Source of the DNA: Phoronis australis
Lineage: Eukaryota > Animalia > Phoronida
NCBI GenBank assembly: GCA_002633005.1
Contig: NMRA01000203.1
Coordinates: forward strand, 639,408 to 703,407
Direction: 5' to 3'
DNA length: 64,000 nt
Shown: positions 24,661 through 38,300 of the stretch, piece by piece
Position numbering within the stretch: position 1 is the stretch's first letter
How the letters are laid out: every line of letters begins with the position of its first letter
The notes under the pieces: model-generated
Told to the model about the DNA's origin: nothing
The model's input: only the letters and a program-made list of their open reading frames with translations
The model's database searches: none
Position numbers and translations under genes: made by a program

Positions 24661-24804
24661 TGTACCTGTAGCCATCCTGTCATCCATTCTCTGTGTATTG
24701 TACCTGTAGCCATCCTGTCATCCATTCTCTGTGTATTGTACTTATAGCCATCCTGTCATCCATTCTCAGTGTATTGTACCTGTAGCCATCCTGGCATCCA
24801 TTCT
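24661..24804. repeat. 38-bp tandem repeat, ~3.8 copies
   Basis: Unit tgtacctgtagccatcctgtcatccattctctgtgtat. Confidence 0.95.
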
Positions 24805-27800
24805 TTGAATAAAGCTTGACAATGGTGCATGTTTTACCGCCAAAACATGTCGCTACATTTTAGAGAAGTTTTTGTCCTCATTCAAACTTTATGAACTTCC
24901 CCTCAAGTGTAACACCTTTTGAAAATTGCTACAACATAGGCCACGTGATTAATTTTACAGAAACTAGGAATTAGTACTGTTGATCTTCACATTCATTTTT
25001 ATGGTATTCATAAAAGTACGATATTATTGATGAGGACGCTTTGTAACAGATTATAGCATCGGAAAGGCACACAACCGCAACGTCAGACGCCTCGCTTCAA
25101 CGTAAGTCCAGCTTAAAAACTAACCACGGCTTGCGAGTCCAATAAACAATTACGGTGTCACTATTCAGTGGACAACGTCATAAATGACACATAGATTAAT
25201 CATTTTAAAAACTCATTCTTCATACACATCGTTTCAACACCCCCGTCACGCAAAAATAAATGCGACTTGTCAACCCAATTTGCCGATGTGCTCGGTTCTT
25301 CGTGTGGATGAAACATCTTTGATATTGGAACATTCGAACACCGAATGATAAAAATGAATAACAGAGACTCGACGGAGGGCGTATTTCGACTAATCAACTA
25401 GCGAAGCACCCGGTGTTACAGTTAATCACCACCAGCTGGTTGTGATGCAGGGATCACGTGATAATTTCCCTGCGCGTTCGGAAATTTGATAATTGTACAT
25501 TAATCAAAATGAACAACAGCGTGTCATGGATGAATAGTTTTCAGTGACTACAATGCAACAATATGGCCTAAGCAGCAAAACTGACCCCCCTCACTGAAGG
25601 CAAAACGTCTGGCGTTTGTATATAATACAAGCATGAATATGATGACCATCGCAAATGGCTTCGTTACTTTTTTATCAGATTCGAAACATGTTTGGTCGTC
25701 AAGCTGACGAAAAAAAAGAAACATGTTTACTTCGAGGAAGTCATTTCCGCCAATACCAGCTGCACTACTACGTGGGTATTGTAAAACTGACAAAATGTTA
25801 CGAAATGGTTAATCATCAAAGAAGTGCGTAAACGGGCAACAGACGCACTTTGGTGTTTGACAAACAACAAGAGTCAGGTTGGATTCACTTTTTCATACCA
25901 CAGCATCTCTTAAGCTCGTAACGCAAGAAAAGGCTGCGAGTTTTGGTTTCCGGAGAAGGTCCAATCAAGGAACGCCAATGCGTTGCTGCGATTCTCTTGA
26001 ATATGTTCATGTGAGTTTGACTGCCGCAGACTATTGCTTTCATAGTGAGAGAATGTTGATAAAACTGAATAATGCTCACAAAAAGGGTGATTTCAACGAA
26101 TATAATTGCCTTCGCTAAGGCAAAGAACCCAGCCTAATTTAATGCCACGGCACTTCGCGAATGCAGTTATGTGCCTCGTCCGTGAATATCACATAATAAA
26201 CAGTGCCTCATGTTGCAGATGCATCGTATCAACCCCGTAAGCGCAATAATAACTTGAAGGGACAATGCTAACATAAAATCGCATACTGTTTGTCTCCATA
26301 AGTGTCATTTTACCATATTGGTATCACAGAGAACAATTCAACATACCTTCATATTATCCTTCCTTTTATATGCGTATGCTAATCCAGCTTACATGCGTAT
26401 GCACTTCGATCAGGCTTTCGATAAGACGTTTATTGGAAGGTCATGGAAAATCAATCCCAAAATCCACCATTGTCCCAATGAGAGTAATCGATAGCAATTA
26501 AATGTCTCATGATCTGTTGTACACACATTAACCGATCGATCATTTTTGCAGAACTCGATTGCGGTATGGTTAGTCAGTGCACATGTGTAGAAAATGGACT
26601 TTTGATCCTGGTTACTGATTTTACGGAGCAAAAAGATGAACGCAAAATGCCTCCTTTTTCAGAGTTTGGTACATGGGGGGTTGAGTCTGTCTTCTTGACG
26701 TTGTACTGAACGTAAATAAGCCTCTGCTTTATCAGCGCCGGACCTATATTGAGAATTAGTACATGCGCCTATGCGCGAACCATTTGAGTAAAACCATGTT
26801 TGACATTAATGCTCCTGAGTAGGTGTACCTCATAACTAAAACTATTCTCAACTATTTGACTCAAGGAACGTACTGGCAATTCTTGTGAAGAAAATAGGGC
26901 CGCATATAGGTAGCACCAGGACGTCATTACCAGGAAAGAACAACTAACTAAACTGCCGTTTTGGGTCTCCTTCTCCATGATGTTTTATTTAAAAGAAAAC
27001 AAATTATTTCATCAGAATGTGTAAAGCTTTTTCTGAAGAAGGATATCGATAAACTCCCTTTGCAACATTCAACAGCGGTATAATTTTGTTCTTTGAAAAT
27101 ATCACTCATTGCACGCAATCGCGATTTCCCACACGCAGCCTCTATTCGGTTATTTACGCTTTTCCGTCGCTGTATAGATGGCGCAGTAGTCAATTTCTCC
27201 CTCATTAGCATATCAAACTTGCATGCTGTAATTGAGTTTTGCTCGTTAGTTGCTATATTAAATTGTATATTTACGTGAGTTTGTAGTAGATAAAGTGACA
27301 AAATATCTCATTTTGACGGATTTTATCCAGCAAGAAAAGTTATGTGGGACACGTTGTGTCGGCTCCGTTTAGGGAAGCAATATTTGAGGAGTGGTCCGGT
27401 CTAGTCTTCCGTGAACTAAACCGGAATATTGTGGATGGAATCGCCATAATTGGACTTAAGAAGAAAATAATTATGATCGACACTGACATGCGAAGTGTCA
27501 GCAGTGCAGTGTGCAAAGCAGCTTGTTTATGAGTCCTCTGGCCCCGTCAGCGCGTGTTCTGAGCGACTACTAGTAGGCCTAGTACCAGTACAGTCACTAT
27601 AAGCACGGACAGCACCACTGCTGGAAGTGAGTAGACGGAATCTTTCCCCCGGCCCCAGTTGGCGTACCTCAGGACTCCCACCCCAGCCTGATTGCGGTTC
27701 AATGGCAGCTGGTTGTGATGGGGGGATGTTTCAAAGGCGATCAGAAAAATTCTGGTTGCTATGACCATTTGTGCAGATAAAATAGAGGTAGATTTTATTT

Positions 27801-30800
27801 TGATTTCCTGGGTCTAAAAACATGGGACGGGAGTTAGGAAATTATTTATGTACCTCAGTGTTTTGTATCATTGGTCACGTGACACTGCGTCTAATTTTTA
27901 TCAATTCATGGTATCGACAAAACTCTTGAGTTGTTGTATACTTTCCAAAGCTCACTCGATCTAATGACCCTCATTGCAAAGCACGTGACTTTGTTCATGA
28001 TTGGCTTTGCCTTAGAGCAGCATATGTTTCTTTAGATACTGCGACAAGCTGCATAGTTTGACTTGTTTGCACCAAAAGGTGTTGACATGCAGCTTTTCTT
28101 TCAATTGCATAAGTAGGAAAATAGACAAAGGATATGTAGACCACAAACAATCATTTAAGTACATAACTTAACTTTAAAGCATGCTAGCATGTAAATACGC
28201 CTTCACGGTGAAAGGACTTAACCAAAAAAAAATTATTGAAAAGGTACCGTGTTTCGAATGAATGAATTTTTACCTGTACAGTACTAGTTCAATGTTGTTC
28301 CTGTGATTTTCTTACCTCTGTCTTTCTATCCAGACTTGGCATACCTCTTTCAGTGCACCAAAAGTGCAGACACAGAGGTAATTTACTGTATCTACACCAT
28401 TCCTTCTTGGCGTTTCTGCGTACGCTGGATGTTTCCATTTGAGAAGAGTTCGTTGATATTCATGGACACAAACCTTTCCCCGCCTCTTTATTTTAGAATA
28501 TCTGAGGCTAGGTAGTAAAAAGTGAACATGTACATTTCCACTAGAATTTCGGTCTGCCACAGTTGTGCTTGATTTAGAAGTGAGATTTAAAGTTTTGGGG
28601 TTTCCAGGTAGTGCCAGTTATAGGAATGAGCTGTGAAGTTTTTGGGTCTCAAAAAGACTTTCTTACACTCCCCTGGATATGTCTTTATCCTGTATGATTT
28701 CGTTGGGTGTTCCGCTCGACATGCCTTGGTTTTCAAAGTCAGTTTTCTCAACTGACTAATGGACACCAAAATGATTCTCAAAATGTGGGCGCATAATATC
28801 CGGCTATTGCTCTAAGACATCTAGATTCTAATTGTTTGTTTGTTATGACATCGTTATGACCTTTTGGACCCAGTGAAGTAAAAGTTAAAATCAGAAAATT
28901 AAAAGAGAATAACTTCCCAGCAGCAAACAATGGGTGCAACCACACCGATTAATCCAAACACATAATTTTATAAAAATGTCAAATGCTAACTGCTGCCACG
29001 GTTACCTCAATCGAAAAAATTCAAAACCTTCAAAAGTTTTGAGAATGTCACGTGGTTGGGCATGTCTAGTCCTATCTGTGAGTTCAATTAAATCGTGTTG
29101 CAGATACATCAACAGTAAATTTCCTAAATGTGTGCCCCTCACACACTTTAAACATTGTCATGTTTCCCTTTGCAGATTACACAATCCAATGTCAAACAAC
29201 GGGTGTCATGACTATTACAAAGTCAAGATTGACAAAGTCATCCTACACTTTTGACGAACATGTGATTAGCGACTTTGTAAGAACAATTTGTCGTAAATAT
29301 ACCAATGATTGTATTGCTGGTTTCCTCAGAGGAAAGGCAGGCAGAAGCCTTGAAGGCAGAGGTACGCGAACAAAAGGCGCCATGGGTTTGCGTGATATGA
29401 ACTCGGTGCTTCATCGTCTGGTAGAAGTTAATAAAATGTGACTAAATTGAGGGATATCATATCATTTGCTCAAGTTATCCAAACAATTTCTTATTGACCT
29501 GTTTCTGAATTTGTCTAGCCATTGTCCATGTACTGTTAATAGCACAACACACAGTGTACTTTTAAGAGTTATCATTGTTGAATTTTCCTGATCTATGAAC
29601 ATCACAGCCGTTATGATATCACAATGACTTAACGAATGTTAAACAACTAATTCAGTCAACATAATGCAAAGTACACAAGTAATATTTGCACACAGAGAGG
29701 TACTATTCAAACCAAATAAACGCTTGGGTAAAATACTTGTAGTAGCAGTCGTATGGTATTCAGAGTACTGGTAGGCTTGATACTATTATGATTTTGTCAC
29801 GCAAAACAGTACATTGTTGTGTCCCTAAGTCTTCTGCTTTTTCCAGAGTGGAATCTCTTTTGCATACAGAGGAACATTTCGGTATCCTTGTCCAGTTGCA
29901 TCAGAAACTCTGACCTCTCTCTACAGTTTCTTTGTCTGTACATTATGTGGAAATTTTACTGATGTCACAGTTTTCCACCTGTTATGTACTTGTACTGGCT
30001 AAAAAGTTTCAAGAGCACTACCATTCAGCTTTAGCAGAGAAATGCAGTAACCCGGATGTGTGGTGAGGTCATCGTAGCAGAAAGCTATGAGAAAATGTAT
30101 AGTTGTACAAGGTCGTAGGTCTGAAATGAAATAATGAGAACAATACTTTATTTGTTGTTGCATTATACAACTACCAGCAGCTTCATCGAATTGGACTTAA
30201 CGTAGGTTGAAGTCTGCTTAAATGCTGATACATGTGTTGCGGTATTTGCTGCTATCAACAGCAAGTCAAAAGGTAAGGTTGCGTGTAGTTAATTTAATGC
30301 AAAACAGTAGCTTGTAATTGGCAATTTTCATTTCTAGAATGTCTTCTGTCTCCTGATTAGCCAAATATTAATTTTTGAATACAGTCTGTCTCACGGATTT
30401 ATAGGGTGTAAACGGGCATATTGTCCCAGGCCACCCTTCCAACAGCGGGCACCGTTTGAGAGGGCCCCATAAAATATGAAAGGTATATTGCCCAAATACT
30501 TTATTATGAAAAGTTATATCAGTTAAAATAACTCGAAAATAGTGACAATGGGTTTTATAATCCGGTCATCCTGCTCCTATCATCGGGCCACCTCCCTTAA
30601 AATGGAACTTGCACGCTAATTCCTTATCTCTGTGGTTGCATATAGCGACGATGTGAATATGAATTAAGAAGGTTGAAAATGATTCGCTGTAAATTACTCA
30701 GCCGTATCCAGTAAGTGTCGTGAAGTGGTGTTGGGGAATAACACTGTATGATGTGGGCTATATGAATCCCCCAAGGTATGTCATTAGCGCAACGGTCACC

Positions 30801-31219
30801 TATTTGCATAATTTTATGTTTTCACATTTAAAAGATTTCATTGAATACAATTGGACGTTGTTTAGCGTACATGATGTTCAAATGGCATTGTCGTTTAGTT
30901 ACTGCTATACATTAGCATAGTAAGGAGCATGTACATACGTCTTTAACAAAAATTGAAGATAAGAGAAGCAACTGATTTCACTGTTTTGGACCAACCTGTG
31001 AATGACCCTTTAAAACGGGAAAAGGGTAGCAGTGGATGTCATCAGCAGGCACCATCCACGAGCTGAGATTTATATGAAATGTTCAAAATCAAATTTTATT
31101 TTGGTACCAGAAGTCGGGTTCATGACAGTTTCAAGAGTGTTCATATACGTGTCAAATAATTGTATATTTGACTCGTAGACAGGCGTGTCTGTTATGTTAC
31201 TTGGACAAGAGCTCGTAGG

Positions 31220-31375
31220 CAGTGCTGTAGTGGTAAAATTAGAGGTAAGTACGCACCTAAAGCCCACCGTATCGCCTTGAGCACTGAACGTAACTTACGC
31301 GGCGTAGGCGCTACGTTCAAACGCCAAAAGGTGGCTGGCTGCGCCTGCGTGCGCCTACGCTCCACTACAGCACTT
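31220..31375 (+). mobile_element. hAT-type MITE (TIR CAGTGCTGTAGTGG), upstream of opsin
   Basis: Homologous to 38103-38258. Degraded 8-bp TSD (ctcgtagg / ttggtagg). Confidence 0.8.
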
Positions 31376-32224
31376 TTGGTAGGCTATAAAATGTGTAATA
31401 GGCAACATTGTGAGCATGAAAGATTTACTGTGATCAAAAACATTTTCATTCGCATTACGCTATGTGCGATCCATGTTCCTGCAGTCATCGACTCAAGCTT
31501 TAGCTGTAAGGATGCAGATAGTAAAATTATTTGATAGTCAACAATGTAAACATTAAAAATTATTTGCGAGTATTCTTTTCACTTAGAATTCTGTCTGCCT
31601 TGCGGTTGCTCAATGTTTTTTTGAGTTTCAGGGGATATACATGCAGATTACAAATGTGTTTTTGAGCGGCTCCACCGGGCGCCTACGCTATGGTATACTT
31701 TTCGAAAGAGATTTCATGGGTTTAATCTTATGTGTCATCACAGTTGGTTGTGAAGAGCCGCGGGATTGCGACCTTCTTTTGCACTGGCATGGAGGTGGGG
31801 TTCGCTCATGATAGCCTAGATACGCCTATGACAGTACCCCATATTACCACTCTCAGGGTATTTAACAAGTAAGCCTAAAGTGCTAAGACCGTTCCTTCGC
31901 CGCGCTAGTACATAGTCCTCTTTTTCAATCTGGCGGTTAATATTTTTTAAAACCGACTGATTGAGCTCGTGACCGTTTAGCGCGAACAACTAGCGATTAT
32001 ACAAATGGACACGTGATCTACGGTGATTTGTTTAGACACTGTCCATCAGCAAGGAGTAGTAGTAGATTCTTTCAATGGACTCGAGAAACTATCGTAGAAG
32101 TGAGCCGCGCGATGTCTGAATAAATACAAGGCGTAATTACATTTATGCGACAAATCTCAGCAGACAAGGACCGTTGCGCTGCTGGTACTGGCTGATGAGG
32201 ACGTAGATTGTAAAAGCTGTTGAG

Positions 32225-32300
32225 ATGCATATCAACAAAACTGTTCTTGAATTGGACGATACCAGTCAAGATGTTATTGGCATTTATCTGATAATTCTAG
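32225..32300 (+). CDS. opsin coding exon 1
   Basis: MHINKTVLELDDTSQDVIGIYLIIL with an N-glycosylation sequon NKT. In-frame stop upstream. Donor |gtaag, phase 1. Confidence 0.85.
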
Positions 32301-35300
32301 GTAAGTTTTAAATAATACGTGCGTGCACCCTGCCGTAAAAAAACGGGGAACTCGAATTTTTGAGAATGTGGACCTTTTACTAAGATTCACGGGGTACGTT
32401 CAGAGCTATGAATTGTGCATTTGCAAATTTTTTTGTTGTCCCTGCCTTTTTAGTGGACTTTGGTCTCGTTTTCTATTTTTTCGGAATTTTTGTTCCTCTG
32501 AGGAAAATTTGTTTGCTCACTTCGCCAAATGGGAGGGACACGTTTGAGCCCCACGAGCGCTCCCCCCCCCTGAGTGCGAGCATGTAATAAGTAAATCTGC
32601 GCATGTTTCCTGTTTGGGCAGGACAAACTCATGAAAGTCTTGTATTGTGACGGGGAAGGGGTATCGTGAAGAAGTCTTCAGAGGTCTATTACATGAGAAT
32701 TGATTTTTTCTTGGTCTTAAAAGACCCAGACTGAAATTTGGTCTCACACAACTATTTCATGAAAAATTATCAAAATTCATTTAAGCAAAAGAACAAAGTA
32801 TCTGAGAATAAGCCCACACTTAGAAAATGTGTAGAAATTATTTCCAGGCACTGATATGCCAATAATTACATTACTAAACCTTAATTTGATAATTATTAGG
32901 TGTGAATGTAAGACAAAAAATGTTTGTGTCACGAAACAGGCCACTGTGGATCTAATTGATGCCATTGTCACGTAAAATTCATCACGCTAAACGGATGAGT
33001 TTCTAAGCTCAAGGTTGGGTAGGACCCTAGAAAAATTTGGCTGACTACGGAACATCATATCTCAGAGATGGCTGATCGGATTCATATCAAACTTTCAGAC
33101 ACTGTGCCTTATGCTCTGTTAAGAATTGTTTATAAAATATTCCACTTTCGCATGAACGGCTATCAAAAACAGGAATTTCATTATTTTTATAAATTTATAA
33201 ATTTTTATAAATTATCTTTAAAATTACATAAAGAGAAAACTGTAACATCATTTTTGTCATCTCATCTTGAACATATAATTATGTCAAATAAAATTTTATC
33301 ACGTTATTGTTTTCCTATCCATCCTCTCTGAAACCCTTGACAATCCTCAGAAGTTGAGAGAAAAAGTTGAAAACTCCTCTCCACGGTATCTGGTCAGAAT
33401 TCTTACAAGTAAATTTCTCCTGAACACTGTTAACACACGTGTACGAATATCGCAAATTTCTTTTCAGCCCTCATCTCAGTGATTGGAAATGTGCTCCTCG
33501 TTTCTTCGTTTGTCAAAATGGGTGAATGGCGCAGTGGAGTCAATTTCTTTATTATCAACATGGCGCTCAGTGACATTCTGTGCTCAGGATTCATGTATAT
33601 TTTAGCCGCGTTATCAAGTTTGAATCGAAGGTAAGCAACCATTAAAACGGTTATTGTATATTTCGCTTAAAAACTCGTAGAGATAGCGCATGAGTGGCCC
33701 ATTACGGATTTTCGTTGGGATTTCTTTGTTTTTACCCTGGGATTTCTTCATTTTAAAGCACAATGAAGCCAAAAAAGAGCAATTTTATTCTGTTTTGTGC
33801 TATTTTCCAATTCGAATATAAAGAAAATCCCAGCATTCATCAATCATCACTGGTGGCATACACTAAGCATTTAAAAATGGGCAGATGTTAATGTTCGTGC
33901 GATTAATTTCGTCATCTGAAGAAATTTTACCGCAGCCATTCTAATCAGCCAACTACCGTGGCCGGTTACACGAAACAGTCCCAAACAGAGACTCAACTAG
34001 TCCCTAAAGCTGCACATTTGAGTACCTCTTCGGTTCACTCACAAATGTTATTTGTTTCTAGAGGTATATCTTTATTGTGAGCTCCTCTTTAGTTGTTGAC
34101 AGTTTCGTAAAATATATTTAAAAGCTAATTGAGACTCTTACTCTGAAATATATAGATACTTTGTATTTAAATTCGACTCGTCTATTTTCATTAACATTGA
34201 GAATTCAACGTTGAGCTAAAATGACTTAGTAACGAATATAAAACAGCAGTAGAAAGAACAATCAGTGTTTGCGCAAGTCTGCAAAGGCGATAGTTGTGTC
34301 CCTATTTGGTGCAGTTTCATGCAACCGGACACAGGCACTTCAGAGTGTAGGATTTTACTCTCATGCTTGCTCACTTGAATTGAAGTGTGTATGTGAGCAA
34401 ATATATGTAAGCCATCTAACTTGACTACAACTACCCGAAGTCTTTTTTATTAAATATTCCCTGATACAGAATAGATCAAAGAACATGGATCTGGAGACCT
34501 GATCTTGTAGTAGAAGTGAGTGCACGCCTATCGTATAGGCAAAGAAATCGAAGTTTACTACTCAATAAATTTTGGACTGCATTATAATCATTATTTAACT
34601 ATGATTAAAATATAATTATTAATGTTTCAACATGCGCGAGATATTTGCCACACGATCTATTACAATGTCATAAGAAGCAAATAAACAGTGTGTCACCTGG
34701 AAGCAGTAGAAAGTACCACCGTCTTAACTGGATGGTGACCATCCCTAACTGGATGGTGACCATCCCTAACTGGATGGTGACCATCCCTAACTGGATGGTG
34801 ACCATCCCTAACTGGATGGTGACCATCCCTAACTGGATGGTGACCATCCCTAACAGGATGGTGACCATCCCTAACAGGATGGTGACCATCTCTAACTGGA
34901 TGGTCACCATCCCTAACTGGATGGTCACCATCCCTAACAGGATGGTCACCATCTCTAACTGGATGGTGACCATCCCTAACTGGATGGTGACCATCCCTAA
35001 CNNNNNNNNNNNNNNNNNNNNNNNNNNNNNNNNNNNNNNNNNNNNNNNNNNNNNNNNNNNNNNNNNNNNNNNNNNNNNNNNNNNNNNNNNNNNNNNNNNN
35101 NNNNNNNNNNNNNNNNNNNNNNNNNNNNNNNNNNNNNNNNNNNNNNNNNNNNNNNNNNNNNNNNNNNNNNNNNNNNNNNNNNNNNNNNNNNNNNNNNNNN
35201 NNNNNNNNNNNNNNNNNNNNNNNNNNNNNNNNNNNNNNNNNNNNNNNNNNNNNNNNNNNNNNNNNNNNNNNNNNNNNNNNNNNNNNNNNNNNNNNNNNNN

Positions 35301-38300
35301 NNNNNNNNNNNNNNNNNNNNNNNNNNNNNNNNNNNNNNNNNNNNNNNNNNNNNNNNNNNNNNNNNNNNNNNNNNNNNNNNNNNNNNNNNNNNNNNNNNNN
35401 NNNNNNNNNNNNNNNNNNNNNNNNNNNNNNNNNNNNNNNNNNNNNNNNNNNNNNNNNNNNNNNNNNNNNNNNNNNNNNNNNNNNNNNNNNNNNNNNNNNN
35501 NNNNNNNNNNNNNNNNNNNNNNNNNNNNNNNNNNNNNNNNNNNNNNNNNNNNNNNNNNNNNNNNNNNNNNNNNNNNNNNNNNNNNNNNNNNNNNNNNNNN
35601 NNNNNNNNNNNNNNNNNNNNNNNNNNNNNNNNNNNNNNNNNNNNNNNNNNNNNNNNNNNNNNNNNNNNNNNNNNNNNNNNNNNNNNNNNNNNNNNNNNNN
35701 NNNNNNNNNNNNNNNNNNNNNNNNNNNNNNNNNNNNNNNNNNNNNNNNNNNNNNNNNNNNNNNNNNNNNNNNNNNNNNNNNNNNNNNNNNNNNNNNNNNN
35801 NNNNNNNNNNNNNNNNNNNNNNNNNNNNNNNNNNNNNNNNNNNNNNNNNNNNNNNNNNNNNNNNNNNNNNNNNNNNNNNNNNNNNNNNNNNNNNNNNNNN
35901 NNNNNNNNNNNNNNNNNNNNNNNNNNNNNNNNNNNNNNNNNNNNNNNNNNNNNNNNNNNNNNNNNNNNNNNNNNNCGTGCATTTGCCGTGTTGTTAAACA
36001 TTAAAATGTCAAATATGTGCACAAAGACTATTAAATGTCATATCAACAGCATTTATTTTTATCAAATACAAACAATAATTCATTGAAATACAAACAGTTT
36101 CAAGTAACGCCAATTAAAGACAAGTATAAGTGGTGGCATTTTGGAAACGAACATTTGACTGACAAGACCGCAATGGTTCACCTTTGGCCTATTTAAAAAT
36201 TGAGGTGATGAAGTCACATCACCTAGCGAGCGCGGCAAAAATTGGAGCGTGCGCAGTACAAAAATTTTGATTTCACGATTTTGGGAACTGAAATAGGGAC
36301 TGCTCGAAGAAAAAGTTTGATAACGGGAGTATTTGTTCGATTTGGAAGGAATTAAACACATCGACAACCTCCTAAGGTGTTCCTCTACTGCGCAAAAGGT
36401 ATTTATAACAGCCTGACTTTGATGGTTTAGTCGGTGCGAGGCATAATTCGCCGAAAAGCTTCCGGCGTACAGAGCGCCTATAGCCTCTGCATCGCCTCTA
36501 GTTCGGGCCAACAGAGGCGATGGTCATTGCCTATGGTGTTCCCTGCTTTGGTACATATTCAGTCAAATCTATTCCACTTACACATCCGTGCCTTTTACCG
36601 GAAGCAACTTGGGCTGCAGTCAACACAACCTTCGTCCTCGTCAATTTCATTTCACAATTACATCCCCAAAACGTCAAAACTTTACGATTCCTACCGTGTT
36701 CTCAACTTGTTTTCCTCGGCCTTTACACCCTGGTCGTCACAAATGTCAAGATCCCTCGGTCACCTCTTAACCTAGGCACTCGGAGAGCCAACGTCACGTT
36801 TTCTATCGCAACGGGATGGTGCTTGGTCCTGTATAGACCACGTAAGCCAACTCGCAAAGTTGAGAGGAAGAGGGTAATCTATGTGGCTATTTTTACTGAA
36901 TTTTATAGCGCTTGCTTAGACTCATAAAACAATGTTTCGTGTTCTGATTTCGAACAACTCAACAGTACTTCCGCCAAACACCTCACGATGATCGACTTAC
37001 AATTTAAGTAAAAAGTATTAGGCTAGCTGTGAACACCTCCGATAAGACTGGCACAGACGACACAAGTCAAACGTTTTCAACAAACCTGTGTACGCAAGTG
37101 AGGCCGTGAAGAACGTCCACTTCTTTAATGGTCCACGTATTACTTTCTTTGTTCTTCAGCTCACAGAATTCGAGGCTCCACGAAGTACCTGGTCGTCGCC
37201 AATTCTCTCTCCTGGTTAGCTGGACTACTATTTGCCTCCCTGCCGCTCGTGGGCTGGGGAAGGTATGACTACGAGCCATACGGTACAGCATGCTCTTTAC
37301 ACTGGGACACTAACGAGCCGGCGGACATTGCCTACACTCTCTTCGCAGCCGTGTGCGTACTGTGTTTGCCGTTGACGATAACCTTCTATTCGTATGTGAG
37401 GGTAACCAAGGTCATCAAGAAAAAAGCGGACATTCAGATGAAATTAAGACCAGGCTTGAGTAAGCGTGGCGACGACAAGGAAATGCAAGCCATGAAGGTA
37501 TTGTAAAGTAAAAGCAACTTGTACCTTTTGTTAACCAATTGACAGGGCATAGATGGGTCCTTTTTATTTATAACAGCAAAAATCGAATGACTGAAACATA
37601 TCAGAAAAACTTATTCGAAGAAGCAATCCAATATTGTTAACGTGATTGATATTTGACAATGAAAATTCTAAGGAATATGTTCATCTGGAGATTTTAAAGG
37701 AGTAACTAATGGACAAAATCGTTCATTCTGTTTTTCGAGCGAAAATTGATGTACAAGTCAATTTTATTGTGCTTATCAAAATTACCATAGATACCCATTC
37801 CTACCACCGTGATAATTAGCCGTCATCTTGGATTTTTGAAAACACTGAATAAGGAATTTTGGTATATTTTATTTCATTTTGTTAAGCATACAAAATCATA
37901 ATTCTTAACTTTAAATCGTTCATAAAAATGAAAAATGGGGACAGCAGCCATATTGCATCTGAAAATTGCTAATTGTAAGTAGACTTGTTTGGTTGTTCAT
38001 TTAAAAAGTGGCGCTGTTAACAGACAAAAGGGTATTACATTATGTGCCACGAGAAGTTCACGGAAAACATTTTCAATGACGAATAGTGAACCCAGCCACA
38101 TTCAGTGCTGTTGTGGTAAAATTCGAGGTAAGTAGGCGCCCACAGCCCACCGTATCACCTAGAGCACTGAACGTAACTTACGGTGCGCAAGCGCTACGTT
38201 CAAATGCCAAAAGGTGGTTGGCTGCGCCTACGTGCGCCTACGCCCCACTACAGCACTGGCCACATTGCATTTCAAAATGGTTCCCAGAATCTCATTGCAA

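Noticed and set aside
29750-30120. Cys-containing exon-like segment on - strand
   Set aside because: It has stops and no complete recognisable domain.
32010-32015. CACGTG E-box upstream of the opsin start as a circadian element
   Set aside because: The hexamer occurs many times in the window and the TSS is unknown, so it is uninformative without conservation data.
34645-36022. Long ORFs of 341-450 aa
   Set aside because: They consist of the 21-bp repeat plus the N gap.
36434-36927. Candidate for the missing opsin TM3 exon (contains RRW)
   Set aside because: No C110, D/ERY or TM3-like helix is evident in the + strand translations, and I found no phase-compatible splice sites.
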